From positions 1 to 64,000 of the forward strand of contig JBLDXI010000011.1 of assembly GCA_047495785.1 (NCBI GenBank): a DNA stretch of 64,000 nucleotides, written 5' to 3'. The position numbers and the translations under genes are program-made. Origin of the DNA: Lepidodermella squamata. Its lineage: Eukaryota; Animalia; Gastrotricha. The notes under the pieces are model-generated. The model worked only from the letters and a program-made list of their open reading frames with translations. It was not told the DNA's origin and did not search any database. Below are positions 25,601 through 37,500 of this stretch, piece after piece (the stretch's first letter is position 1; each line of letters opens with the position of its first letter).

Positions 25601-28513
25601 GCGGTGGCGCACGATTCTGCATCGTGGCGCTACGTACAAGGGTCCAAAACCGCGATTCCAGCCGTTTTGGCTGGCAGCGAAATATCGGTCATCCGAAATG
25701 TGCGCTAATCGCCTGCAAACGTGTTTGCGCATGCTGCCACTATCGAATGATGCCAGAATATGGCTGATTTATCGCGGTGGCGCACGATTCTGCATCGTGG
25801 CGCTACGTACAAGGGTCCAAAACTGCGATTTCAGCCGTTTTGGCTGGCAGCGAAATATCGGTCATCCGAAATGTGCGCCAACCGCCTGCAAACGTGTTTG
25901 CGCATGCTGCCACTATCGAATGATGCCAGAATATAGCTGATTGACCGCGGTGGCGCACGATTCTGCATCGTGGCGCTACATAGAAGAGTCCAAAACCGCG
26001 ATTCCAGCCGTTTTGGCTGGCAGCGAAATATCGGTCATCCGAAATGTGCGCTAATCGCCTGCAAACGTGTTTGCGCATGCTGCCACTATCGAATGATGCC
26101 AGAATATGGCTGATTTACCGCGGTGGCGCACGATTCTACATCGTGGCGCTACGTACAAGGGTCCAAAACTGCGATTCCAGCCGTTTTGGCTGGCAGCGAA
26201 ATATCGGTCATCCGAAATGTGCGCCAACCGCCTGCAAACGTGTTTGCGCATGCTGCCACTATCGAATGATGCCAGAATATGGCTGATTTATCGCGGTGGC
26301 GCACGATTCTGCATCGTGGCGCTACGTACAAGGGTCCAAAACTGCGATTTCAGCCGTTTTGGCTGGCAGCGAAATATCGGTCATCCGAAATGTGCGCCAA
26401 CCGCCTGCAAACGTGTTTGCGCATGCTGCCACTATCGAATGATGCCAGAATATGGCTGATTTACCGCGGTGGCGCACGATTCTGCATCGTGGCGCTACGT
26501 ACAAGGGTCCAAAACCGCGATTCCAGCCGTTTTGGCTGGCAGCGAAATATCGGTCATCCGAAATGTGCGCTAATCGCCTGCAAACGTGTTTGCGCATGCT
26601 GCCACTATCGAATGATGCCAGAATATGGCTGATTTACCGCGGTGGCGCACGATTCTGCATCGTGGCGCTACGTACAAGGGTCCGAAACTGCGATTCCAGC
26701 CGTTTTGGCTGGCAGCGAAATATCGGTCATCCGAAATGTGCGCCAATCGCCTGCAAACGTGTTTGCGCATGCTGCCACTATCGAATGATGCCAGAATATG
26801 GCTGATTTACCGCGGTGGCGCACGATTCTGCATCGTGGCGCTACGTACAAGGGTCCAAAACTGCGATTTCAGCCGTTTTGGCTGGCAGCGAAATATCGGT
26901 CATCCGAAATGTGCGCCAATCGCCTGCAAACGTGTTTGCGCATGCTGCCACTATCGAATGATGCCAGAATATGGCTGATTTACCGCGGTGGCGCACGATT
27001 CTGCATCGTGGCGCTACGTACAAGGGTCCAAAACTGCGATTTCAGCCGTTTTGGCTGGCAGCGAAATATCGGTCATCCGAAATGTGCGCCAATCGCCTGC
27101 AAACGTGTTTGCGCATGCTGCCACTATCGAATGATGCCAGAATATGGCTGATTTACCGCGGTGGCGCACGATTCTGCATCGTGGCGCTACGTACAAGGGT
27201 CCAAAACTGCGATTTCAGCCGTTTTGGCTGGCAGCGAAATATCGGTCATCCGAAATGTGCGCCAATCGCCTGCAAACGTGTTTGCGCATGCTGCCACTAT
27301 CGAATGATGCCAGAATATGGCTGATTTACCGCGGTGGCGCACGATTCTGCATCGTGGCGCTACGTACAAGGGTCCAAAACTGCGATTTCAGCCGTTTTGG
27401 CTGGCAGCGAAATATCGGTCATCCGAAATGTGCGCCAATCGCCTGCAAACGTGTTTGCGCATGCTGCCACTATCGAATGATGCCAGAATATGGCTGATTT
27501 ACCGCGGTGGCGCACGATTCTGCATCGTGGCGCTACGTACAAGGGTCCAAAACTGCGATTTCAGCCGTTTTGGCTGGCAGCGAAATATCGGTCATCCGAA
27601 ATGTGCGCCAATCGCCTGCAAACGTGTTTGCGCATGCTGCCACTATCGAATGATGCCAGAATATGGCTGATTTACCGCGGTGGCGCACGATTCTGCATCG
27701 TGGCGCTACGTACAAGGGTCCAAAACTGCGATTTCAGCCGTTTTGGCTGGCAGCGAAATATCGGTCATCCGAAATGTGCGCCAATCGCCTGCAAACGTGT
27801 TTGCGCATGCTGCCACTATCGAATGATGCCAGAATATGGCTGATTTACCGCGGTGGCGCACGATTCTGCATCGTGGCGCTACGTACAAGGGTCCAAAACT
27901 GCGATTTCAGCCGTTTTGGCTGGCAGCGAAATATCGGTCATCCGAAATGTGCGCCAATCGCCTGCAAACGTGTTTGCGCATGCTGCCACTATCGAATGAT
28001 GCCAGAATATGGCTGATTTACCGCGGTGGCGCACGATTCTGCATCGGCGCTACGTACAAGGGTCCAAAACTGCGATTTCAGCCGTTTTGGCTGGCAGCGA
28101 AATATCGGTCATCCGAAATGTGCGCCAATCGCCTGCAAACGTGTTTGCGCATGCTGCCACTATCGAATGATGCCAGAATATGGCTGATTTACCGCGGTGG
28201 CGCACGATTCTGCATCGTGGCGCTACGTACAAGGGTCCAAAACTGCGATTTCAGCCGTTTTGGCTGGCAGCGAAATATCGGTCATCCGAAATGTGCGCCA
28301 ATCGCCTGCAAACGTGTTTGCGCATGCTGCCACTATCGAATGATGCCAGAATATGGCTGATTTACCGCGGTGGCGCACGATTCTGCATCGTGGCGCTACG
28401 TACAAGGGTCCAAAACTGCGATTTCAGCCGTTTTGGCTGGCAGCGAAATATCGGTCATCCGAAATGTGCGCCAATCGCCTGCAAACGTGTTTGCGCATGC
28501 TGCCACTATCGAA

Positions 28514-28526
28514 ATCTCGTGAGAGT
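28514..28526 (+). other. Second, 5'-truncated copy of the foreign oligo (ATCTCGTGAGAGT), probable barcode remnant
   Basis: Identical to the last 13 nt of 3958-3974 and in the same orientation. It overwrites TGATGCCAGAATA at a slightly different monomer position, with no change in monomer length. Confidence 0.85.
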
Positions 28527-31500
28527 AGGCTGATTTACCGCGGTGGCGCACGATTCTGCATCGTGGCGCTACGTACAAGGGTCCAAAACTGCGATTTCAG
28601 CCGTTTTGGCTGGCAGCGAAATATCGGTCATCCGAAATGTGCGCCAATCGCCTGCAAACGTGTTTGCGCATGCTGCCACTATCGAATGATGCCAGAATAT
28701 GGCTGATTTACCGCGGTGGCGCACGATTCTGCATCGTGGCGCTACGTACAAGGGTCCAAAACTGCGATTTCAGCCGTTTTGGCTGGCAGCGAAATATCGG
28801 TCATCCGAAATGTGCGCCAATCGCCTGCAAACGTGTTTGCGCATGCTGCCACTATCGAATGATGCCAGAATATGGCTGGCTGATTTACCGCGGTGGCGCA
28901 CGATTCTGCATCGTGGCGCTACGTACAAGGGTCCAAAACTGCGATTTCAGCCGTTTTGGCTGGCAGCGAAATATCGGTCATCCGAAATGTGCGCCAATCG
29001 CCTGCAAACGTGTTTGCGCATGCTGCCACTATCGAATGATGCCAGAATATGGCTGATTTACCGCGGTGGCGCACGATTCTGCATCGTGGCGCTACGTACA
29101 AGGGTCCAAAACTGCGATTTCAGCCGTTTTGGCTGGCAGCGAAATATCGGTCATCCGAAATGTGCGCCAATCGCCTGCAAACGTGTTTGCGCATGCTGCC
29201 ACTATCGAATGATGCCAGAATATGGCTGATTTACCGCGGTGGCGCACGATTCTGCATCGTGGCGCTACGTACAAGGGTCCAAAACTGCGATTTCAGCCGT
29301 TTTGGCTGGCAGCGAAATATCGGTCATCCGAAATGTGCGCCAATCGCCTGCAAACGTGTTTGCGCATGCTGCCACTATCGAATGATGCCAGAATATGGCT
29401 GATTTACCGCGGTGGCGCACGATTCTGCATCGTGGCGCTACGTACAAGGGTCCAAAACTGCGATTTCAGCCGTTTTGGCTGGCAGCGAAATATCGGTCAT
29501 CCGAAATGTGCGCCAATCGCCTGCAAACGTGTTTGCGCATGCTGCCACTATCGAATGATGCCAGAATATGGCTGATTTACCGCGGTGGCGCACGATTCTG
29601 CATCGTGGCGCTACGTACAAGGGTCCAAAACTGCGATTTCAGCCGTTTTGGCTGGCAGCGAAATATCGGTCATCCGAAATGTGCGCCAATCGCCTGCAAA
29701 CGTGTTTGCGCATGCTGCCACTATCGAATGATGCCAGAATATGGCTGATTTACCGCGGTGGCGCACGATTCTGCATCGTGGCGCTACGTACAAGGGTCCA
29801 AAACTGCGATTTCAGCCGTTTTGGCTGGCAGCGAAATATCGGTCATCCGAAATGTGCGCCAATCGCCTGCAAACGTGTTTGCGCATGCTGCCACTATCGA
29901 ATGATGCCAGAATATGGCTGATTTACCGCGGTGGCGCACGATTCTGCATCGTGGCGCTACGTACAAGGGTCCAAAACTGCGATTTCAGCCGTTTTGGCTG
30001 GCAGCGAAATATCGGTCATCCGAAATGTGCGCCAATCGCCTGCAAACGTGTTTGCGCATGCTGCCACTATCGAATGATGCCAGAATATGGCTGATTTACC
30101 GCGGTGGCGCACGATTCTGCATCGTGGCGCTACGTACAAGGGTCCAAAACTGCGATTTCAGCCGTTTTGGCTGGCAGCGAAATATCGGTCATCCGAAATG
30201 TGCGCCAATCGCCTGCAAACGTGTTTGCGCATGCTGCCACTATCGAATGATGCCAGAATATGGCTGATTTACCGCGGTGGCGCACGATTCTGCATCGTGG
30301 CGCTACGTACAAGGGTCCAAAACTGCGATTTCAGCCGTTTTGGCTGGCAGCGAAATATCGGTCATCCGAAATGTGCGCCAATCGCCTGCAAACGTGTTTG
30401 CGCATGCTGCCACTATCGAATGATGCCAGAATATGGCTGATTTACCGCGGTGGCGCACGATTCTGCATCGTGGCGCTACGTACAAGGGTCCAAAACTGCG
30501 ATTTCAGCCGTTTTGGCTGGCAGCGAAATATCGGTCATCCGAAATGTGCGCCAATCGCCTGCAAACGTGTTTGCGCATGCTGCCACTATCGAATGATGCC
30601 AGAATATGGCTGATTTACCGCGGTGGCGCACGATTCTGCATCGTGGCGCTACGTACAAGGGTCCAAAACTGCGATTTCAGCCGTTTTGGCTGGCAGCGAA
30701 ATATCGGTCATCCGAAATGTGCGCCAATCGCCTGCAAACGTGTTTGCGCATGCTGCCACTATCGAATGATGCCAGAATATGGCTGATTTACCGCGGTGGC
30801 GCACGATTCTGCATCGTGGCGCTACGTACAAGGGTCCAAAACTGCGATTTCAGCCGTTTTGGCTGGCAGCGAAATATCGGTCATCCGAAATGTGCGCCAA
30901 TCGCCTGCAAACGTGTTTGCGCATGCTGCCACTATCGAATGATGCCAGAATATGGCTGATTTACCGCGGTGGCGCACGATTCTGCATCGTGGCGCTACGT
31001 ACAAGGGTCCAAAACTGCGATTTCAGCCGTTTTGGCTGGCAGCGAAATATCGGTCATCCGAAATGTGCGCCAATCGCCTGCAAACGTGTTTGCGCATGCT
31101 GCCACTATCGAATGATGCCAGAATATGGCTGATTTACCGCGGTGGCGCACGATTCTGCATCGTGGCGCTACGTACAAGGGTCCAAAACTGCGATTTCAGC
31201 CGTTTTGGCTGGCAGCGAAATATCGGTCATCCGAAATGTGCGCCAATCGCCTGCAAACGTGTTTGCGCATGCTGCCACTATCGAATGATGCCAGAATATG
31301 GCTGATTTACCGCGGTGGCGCACGATTCTGCATCGTGGCGCTACGTACAAGGGTCCAAAACTGCGATTTCAGCCGTTTTGGCTGGCAGCGAAATATCGGT
31401 CATCCGAAATGTGCGCCAATCGCCTGCAAACGTGTTTGCGCATGCTGCCACTATCGAATGATGCCAGAATATGGCTGATTTACCGCGGTGGCGCACGATT

Positions 31501-34500
31501 CTGCATCGTGGCGCTACGTACAAGGGTCCAAAACTGCGATTTCAGCCGTTTTGGCTGGCAGCGAAATATCGGTCATCCGAAATGTGCGCCAATCGCCTGC
31601 AAACGTGTTTGCGCATGCTGCCACTATCGAATGATGCCAGAATATGGCTGATTTACCGCGGTGGCGCACGATTCTGCATCGTGGCGCTACGTACAAGGGT
31701 CCAAAACTGCGATTTCAGCCGTTTTGGCTGGCAGCGAAATATCGGTCATCCGAAATGTGCGCCAATCGCCTGCAAACGTGTTTGCGCATGCTGCCACTAT
31801 CGAATGATGCCAGAATATGGCTGATTTACCGCGGTGGCGCACGATTCTGCATCGTGGCGCTACGTACAAGGGTCCAAAACTGCGATTTCAGCCGTTTTGG
31901 CTGGCAGCGAAATATCGGTCATCCGAAATGTGCGCCAATCGCCTGCAAACGTGTTTGCGCATGCTGCCACTATCGAATGATGCCAGAATATGGCTGATTT
32001 ACCGCGGTGGCGCACGATTCTGCATCGTGGCGCTACGTACAAGGGTCCAAAACTGCGATTTCAGCCGTTTTGGCTGGCAGCGAAATATCGGTCATCCGAA
32101 ATGTGCGCCAATCGCCTGCAAACGTGTTTGCGCATGCTGCCACTATCGAATGATGCCAGAATATGGCTGATTTACCGCGGTGGCGCACGATTCTGCATCG
32201 TGGCGCTACGTACAAGGGTCCAAAACTGCGATTTCAGCCGTTTTGGCTGGCAGCGAAATATCGGTCATCCGAAATGTGCGCCAATCAATCGCCTGCAAAC
32301 GTGTTTGCGCATGCTGCCACTATCGAATGATGCCAGAATATGGCTGATTTACCGCGGTGGCGCACGATTCTGCATCGTGGCGCTACGTACAAGGGTCCAA
32401 AACTGCGATTTCAGCCGTTTTGGCTGGCAGCGAAATATCGGTCATCCGAAATGTGCGCCAATCGCCTGCAAACGTGTTTGCGCATGCTGCCACTATCGAA
32501 TGATGCCAGAATATGGCTGATTTACCGCGGTGGCGCACGATTCTGCATCGTGGCGCTACGTACAAGGGTCCAAAACTGCGATTTCAGCCGTTTTGGCTGG
32601 CAGCGAAATATCGGTCATCCGAAATGTGCGCCAATCGCCTGCAAACGTGTTTGCGCATGCTGCCACTATCGAATGATGCCAGAATATGGCTGATTTACCG
32701 CGGTGGCGCACGATTCTGCATCGTGGCGCTACGTACAAGGGTCCAAAACTGCGATTTCAGCCGTTTTGGCTGGCAGCGAAATATCGGTCATCCGAAATGT
32801 GCGCCAATCGCCTGCAAACGTGTTTGCGCATGCTGCCACTATCGAATGATGCCAGAATATGGCTGATTTACCGCGGTGGCGCACGATTCTGCATCGTGGC
32901 GCTACGTACAAGGGTCCAAAACTGCGATTTCAGCCGTTTTGGCTGGCAGCGAAATATCGGTCATCCGAAATGTGCGCCAATCGCCTGCAAACGTGTTTGC
33001 GCATGCTGCCACTATCGAATGATGCCAGAATATGGCTGATTTACCGCGGTGGCGCACGATTCTGCATCGTGGCGCTACGTACAAGGGTCCAAAACTGCGA
33101 TTTCAGCCGTTTTGGCTGGCAGCGAAATATCGGTCATCCGAAATGTGCGCCAATCGCCTGCAAACGTGTTTGCGCATGCTGCCACTATCGAATGATGCCA
33201 GAATATGGCTGATTTACCGCGGTGGCGCACGATTCTGCATCGTGGCGCTACGTACAAGGGTCCAAAACTGCGATTTCAGCCGTTTTGGCTGGCAGCGAAA
33301 TATCGGTCATCCGAAATGTGCGCCAATCGCCTGCAAACGTGTTTGCGCATGCTGCCACTATCGAATGATGCCAGAATATGGCTGATTTACCGCGGTGGCG
33401 CACGATTCTGCATCGTGGCGCTACGTACAAGGGTCCAAAACTGCGATTTCAGCCGTTTTGGCTGGCAGCGAAATATCGGTCATCCGAAATGTGCGCCAAT
33501 CGCCTGCAAACGTGTTTGCGCATGCTGCCACTATCGAATGATGCCAGAATATGGCTGATTTACCGCGGTGGCGCACGATTCTGCATCGTGGCGCTACGTA
33601 CAAGGGTCCAAAACTGCGATTTCAGCCGTTTTGGCTGGCAGCGAAATATCGGTCATCCGAAATGTGCGCCAATCGCCTGCAAACGTGTTTGCGCATGCTG
33701 CCACTATCGAATGATGCCAGAATATGGCTGATTTACCGCGGTGGCGCACGATTCTGCATCGTGGCGCTACGTACAAGGGTCCAAAACTGCGATTTCAGCC
33801 GTTTTGGCTGGCAGCGAAATATCGGTCATCCGAAATGTGCGCCAATCGCCTGCAAACGTGTTTGCGCATGCTGCCACTATCGAATGATGCCAGAATATGG
33901 CTGATTTACCGCGGTGGCGCACGATTCTGCATCGTGGCGCTACGTACAAGGGTCCAAAACTGCGATTTCAGCCGTTTTGGCTGGCAGCGAAATATCGGTC
34001 ATCCGAAATGTGCGCCAATCGCCTGCAAACGTGTTTGCGCATGCTGCCACTATCGAATGATGCCAGAATATGGCTGATTTACCGCGGTGGCGCACGATTC
34101 TGCATCGTGGCGCTACGTACAAGGGTCCAAAACTGCGATTTCAGCCGTTTTGGCTGGCAGCGAAATATCGGTCATCCGAAATGTGCGCCAATCGCCTGCA
34201 AACGTGTTTGCGCATGCTGCCACTATCGAATGATGCCAGAATATGGCTGATTTACCGCGGTGGCGCACGATTCTGCATCGTGGCGCTACGTACAAGGGTC
34301 CAAAACTGCGATTTCAGCCGTTTTGGCTGGCAGCGAAATATCGGTCATCCGAAATGTGCGCCAATCGCCTGCAAACGTGTTTGCGCATGCTGCCACTATC
34401 GAATGATGCCAGAATATGGCTGATTTACCGCGGTGGCGCACGATTCTGCATCGTGGCGCTACGTACAAGGGTCCAAAACTGCGATTTCAGCCGTTTTGGC

Positions 34501-37500
34501 TGGCAGCGAAATATCGGTCATCCGAAATGTGCGCCAATCGCCTGCAAACGTGTTTGCGCATGCTGCCACTATCGAATGATGCCAGAATATGGCTGATTTA
34601 CCGCGGTGGCGCACGATTCTGCATCGTGGCGCTACGTACAAGGGTCCAAAACTGCGATTTCAGCCGTTTTGGCTGGCAGCGAAATATCGGTCATCCGAAA
34701 TGTGCGCCAATCGCCTGCAAACGTGTTTGCGCATGCTGCCACTATCGAATGATGCCAGAATATGGCTGATTTACCGCGGTGGCGCACGATTCTGCATCGT
34801 GGCGCTACGTACAAGGGTCCAAAACTGCGATTTCAGCCGTTTTGGCTGGCAGCGAAATATCGGTCATCCGAAATGTGCGCCAATCGCCTGCAAACGTGTT
34901 TGCGCATGCTGCCACTATCGAATGATGCCAGAATATGGCTGATTTACCGCGGTGGCGCACGATTCTGCATCGTGGCGCTACGTACAAGGGTCCAAAACTG
35001 CGATTTCAGCCGTTTTGGCTGGCAGCGAAATATCGGTCATCCGAAATGTGCGCCAATCGCCTGCAAACGTGTTTGCGCATGCTGCCACTATCGAATGATG
35101 CCAGAATATGGCTGATTTACCGCGGTGGCGCACGATTCTGCATCGTGGCGCTACGTACAAGGGTCCAAAACTGCGATTTCAGCCGTTTTGGCTGACAGCG
35201 AAATATCGGTCATCCGAAATGTGCGCCAATCGCCTGCAAACGTGTTTGCGCATGCTGCCACTATCGAATGATGCCAGAATATGGCTGATTTACCGCGGTG
35301 GCGCACGATTCTGCATCGTGGCGCTACGTACAAGGGTCCAAAACTGCGATTTCAGCCGTTTTGGCTGGCAGCGAAATATCGGTCATCCGAAATGTGCGCC
35401 AATCGCCTGCAAACGTGTTTGCGCATGCTGCCACTATCGAATGATGCCAGAATATGGCTGATTTACCGCGGTGGCGCACGATTCTGCATCGTGGCGCTAC
35501 GTACAAGGGTCCAAAACTGCGATTTCAGCCGTTTTGGCTGGCAGCGAAATATCGGTCATCCGAAATGTGCGCCAATCGCCTGCAAACGTGTTTGCGCATG
35601 CTGCCACTATCGAATGATGCCAGAATATGGCTGATTTACCGCGGTGGCGCACGATTCTGCATCGTGGCGCTACGTACAAGGGTCCAAAACTGCGATTTCA
35701 GCCGTTTTGGCTGGCAGCGAAATATCGGTCATCCGAAATGTGCGCCAATCGCCTGCAAACGTGTTTGCGCATGCTGCCACTATCGAATGATGCCAGAATA
35801 TGGCTGATTTACCGCGGTGGCGCACGATTCTGCATCGTGGCGCTACGTACAAGGGTCCAAAACTGCGATTTCAGCCGTTTTGGCTGGCAGCGAAATATCG
35901 GTCATCCGAAATGTGCGCCAATCGCCTGCAAACGTGTTTGCGCATGCTGCCACTATCGAATGATGCCAGAATATGGCTGATTTACCGCGGTGGCGCACGA
36001 TTCTGCATCGTGGCGCTACGTACAAGGGTCCAAAACTGCGATTTCAGCCGTTTTGGCTGGCAGCGAAATATCGGTCATCCGAAATGTGCGCCAATCGCCT
36101 GCAAACGTGTTTGCGCATGCTGCCACTATCGAATGATGCCAGAATATGGCTGATTTACCGCGGTGGCGCACGATTCTGCATCGTGGCGCTACGTACAAGG
36201 GTCCAAAACTGCGATTTCAGCCGTTTTGGCTGGCAGCGAAATATCGGTCATCCGAAATGTGCGCCAATCGCCTGCAAACGTGTTTGCGCATGCTGCCACT
36301 ATCGAATGATGCCAGATTATGGCTGATTTACCGCGGTGGCGCACGATTCTGCATCGTGGCGCTACGTACAAGGGTCCAAAACTGCGATTTCAGCCGTTTT
36401 GGCTGGCAGCGAAATATCGGTCATCCGAAATGTGCGCCAATCGCCTGCAAACGTGTTTGCGCATGCTGCCACTATCGAATGATGCCAGAATATGGCTGAT
36501 TTACCGCGGTGGCGCACGATTCTGCATCGTGGCGCTACGTACAAGGGTCCAAAACTGCGATTTCAGCCGTTTTGGCTGGCAGCGAAATATCGGTCATCCG
36601 AAATGTGCGCCAATCGCCTGCAAACGTGTTTGCGCATGCTGCCACTATCGAATGATGCCAGAATATGGCTGATTTACCGCGGTGGCGCACGATTCTGCAT
36701 CGTGGCGCTACGTACAAGGGTCCAAAACTGCGATTTCAGCCGTTTTGGCTGGCAGCGAAATATCGGTCATCCGAAATGTGCGCCAATCGCCTGCAAACGT
36801 GTTTGCGCATGCTGCCACTATCGAATGATGCCAGAATATGGCTGATTTACCGCGGTGGCGCACGATTCTGCATCGTGGCGCTACGTACAAGGGTCCAAAA
36901 CTGCGATTTCAGCCGTTTTGGCTGGCAGCGAAATATCGGTCATCCGAAATGTGCGCCAATCGCCTGCAAACGTGTTTGCGCATGCTGCCACTACCGAATG
37001 ATGCCAGAATATGGCTGATTTACCGCGGTGGCGCACGATTCTGCATCGTGGCGCTACGTACAAGGGTCCAAAACTGCGATTTCAGCCGTTTTGGCTGGCA
37101 GCGAAATATCGGTCATCCGAAATGTGCGCCAATCGCCTGCAAACGTGTTTGCGCATGCTGCCACTATCGAATGATGCCAGAATATGGCTGATTTACCGCG
37201 GTGGCGCACGATTCTGCATCGTGGCGCTACGTACAAGGGTCCAAAACTGCGATTTCAGCCGTTTTGGCTGGCAGCGAAATATCGGTCATCCGAAATGTGC
37301 GCCAATCGCCTGCAAACGTGTTTGCGCATGCTGCCACTATCGAATGATGCCAGAATATGGCTGATTTACCGCGGTGGCGCACGATTCTGCATCGTGGCGC
37401 TACGTACAAGGGTCCAAAACTGCGATTTCAGCCGTTTTGGCTGGCAGCGAAATATCGGTCATCCGAAATGTGCGCCAATCGCCTGCAAACGTGTTTGCGC

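Larger units (their letters stand above)
3975..26700 (+). repeat. Variant-rich satellite domain with recurrent shared substitutions and local higher-order structure
   Basis: Recurrent variants include GATTCCAG, TATAGCT, GCAGCG, GCCGAAAT, AGAAGAGT, GCAATTT, CCAAAATG, AACCG, TCTACAT, GTCCGAAA, CTGTTTTTCC, GCTAATCGG and AAACCGCG. The first is at about 4036 and the last at 26696. Confidence 0.95.

Noticed and set aside
3958-28526. CRISPR-like array with the foreign oligos as spacers, or transposon footprints
   Set aside because: There is no repeat-spacer alternation and there are no cas genes. The two inserts are the same sequence, replace rather than add bases, have no target-site duplication, and fit a sequencing barcode.
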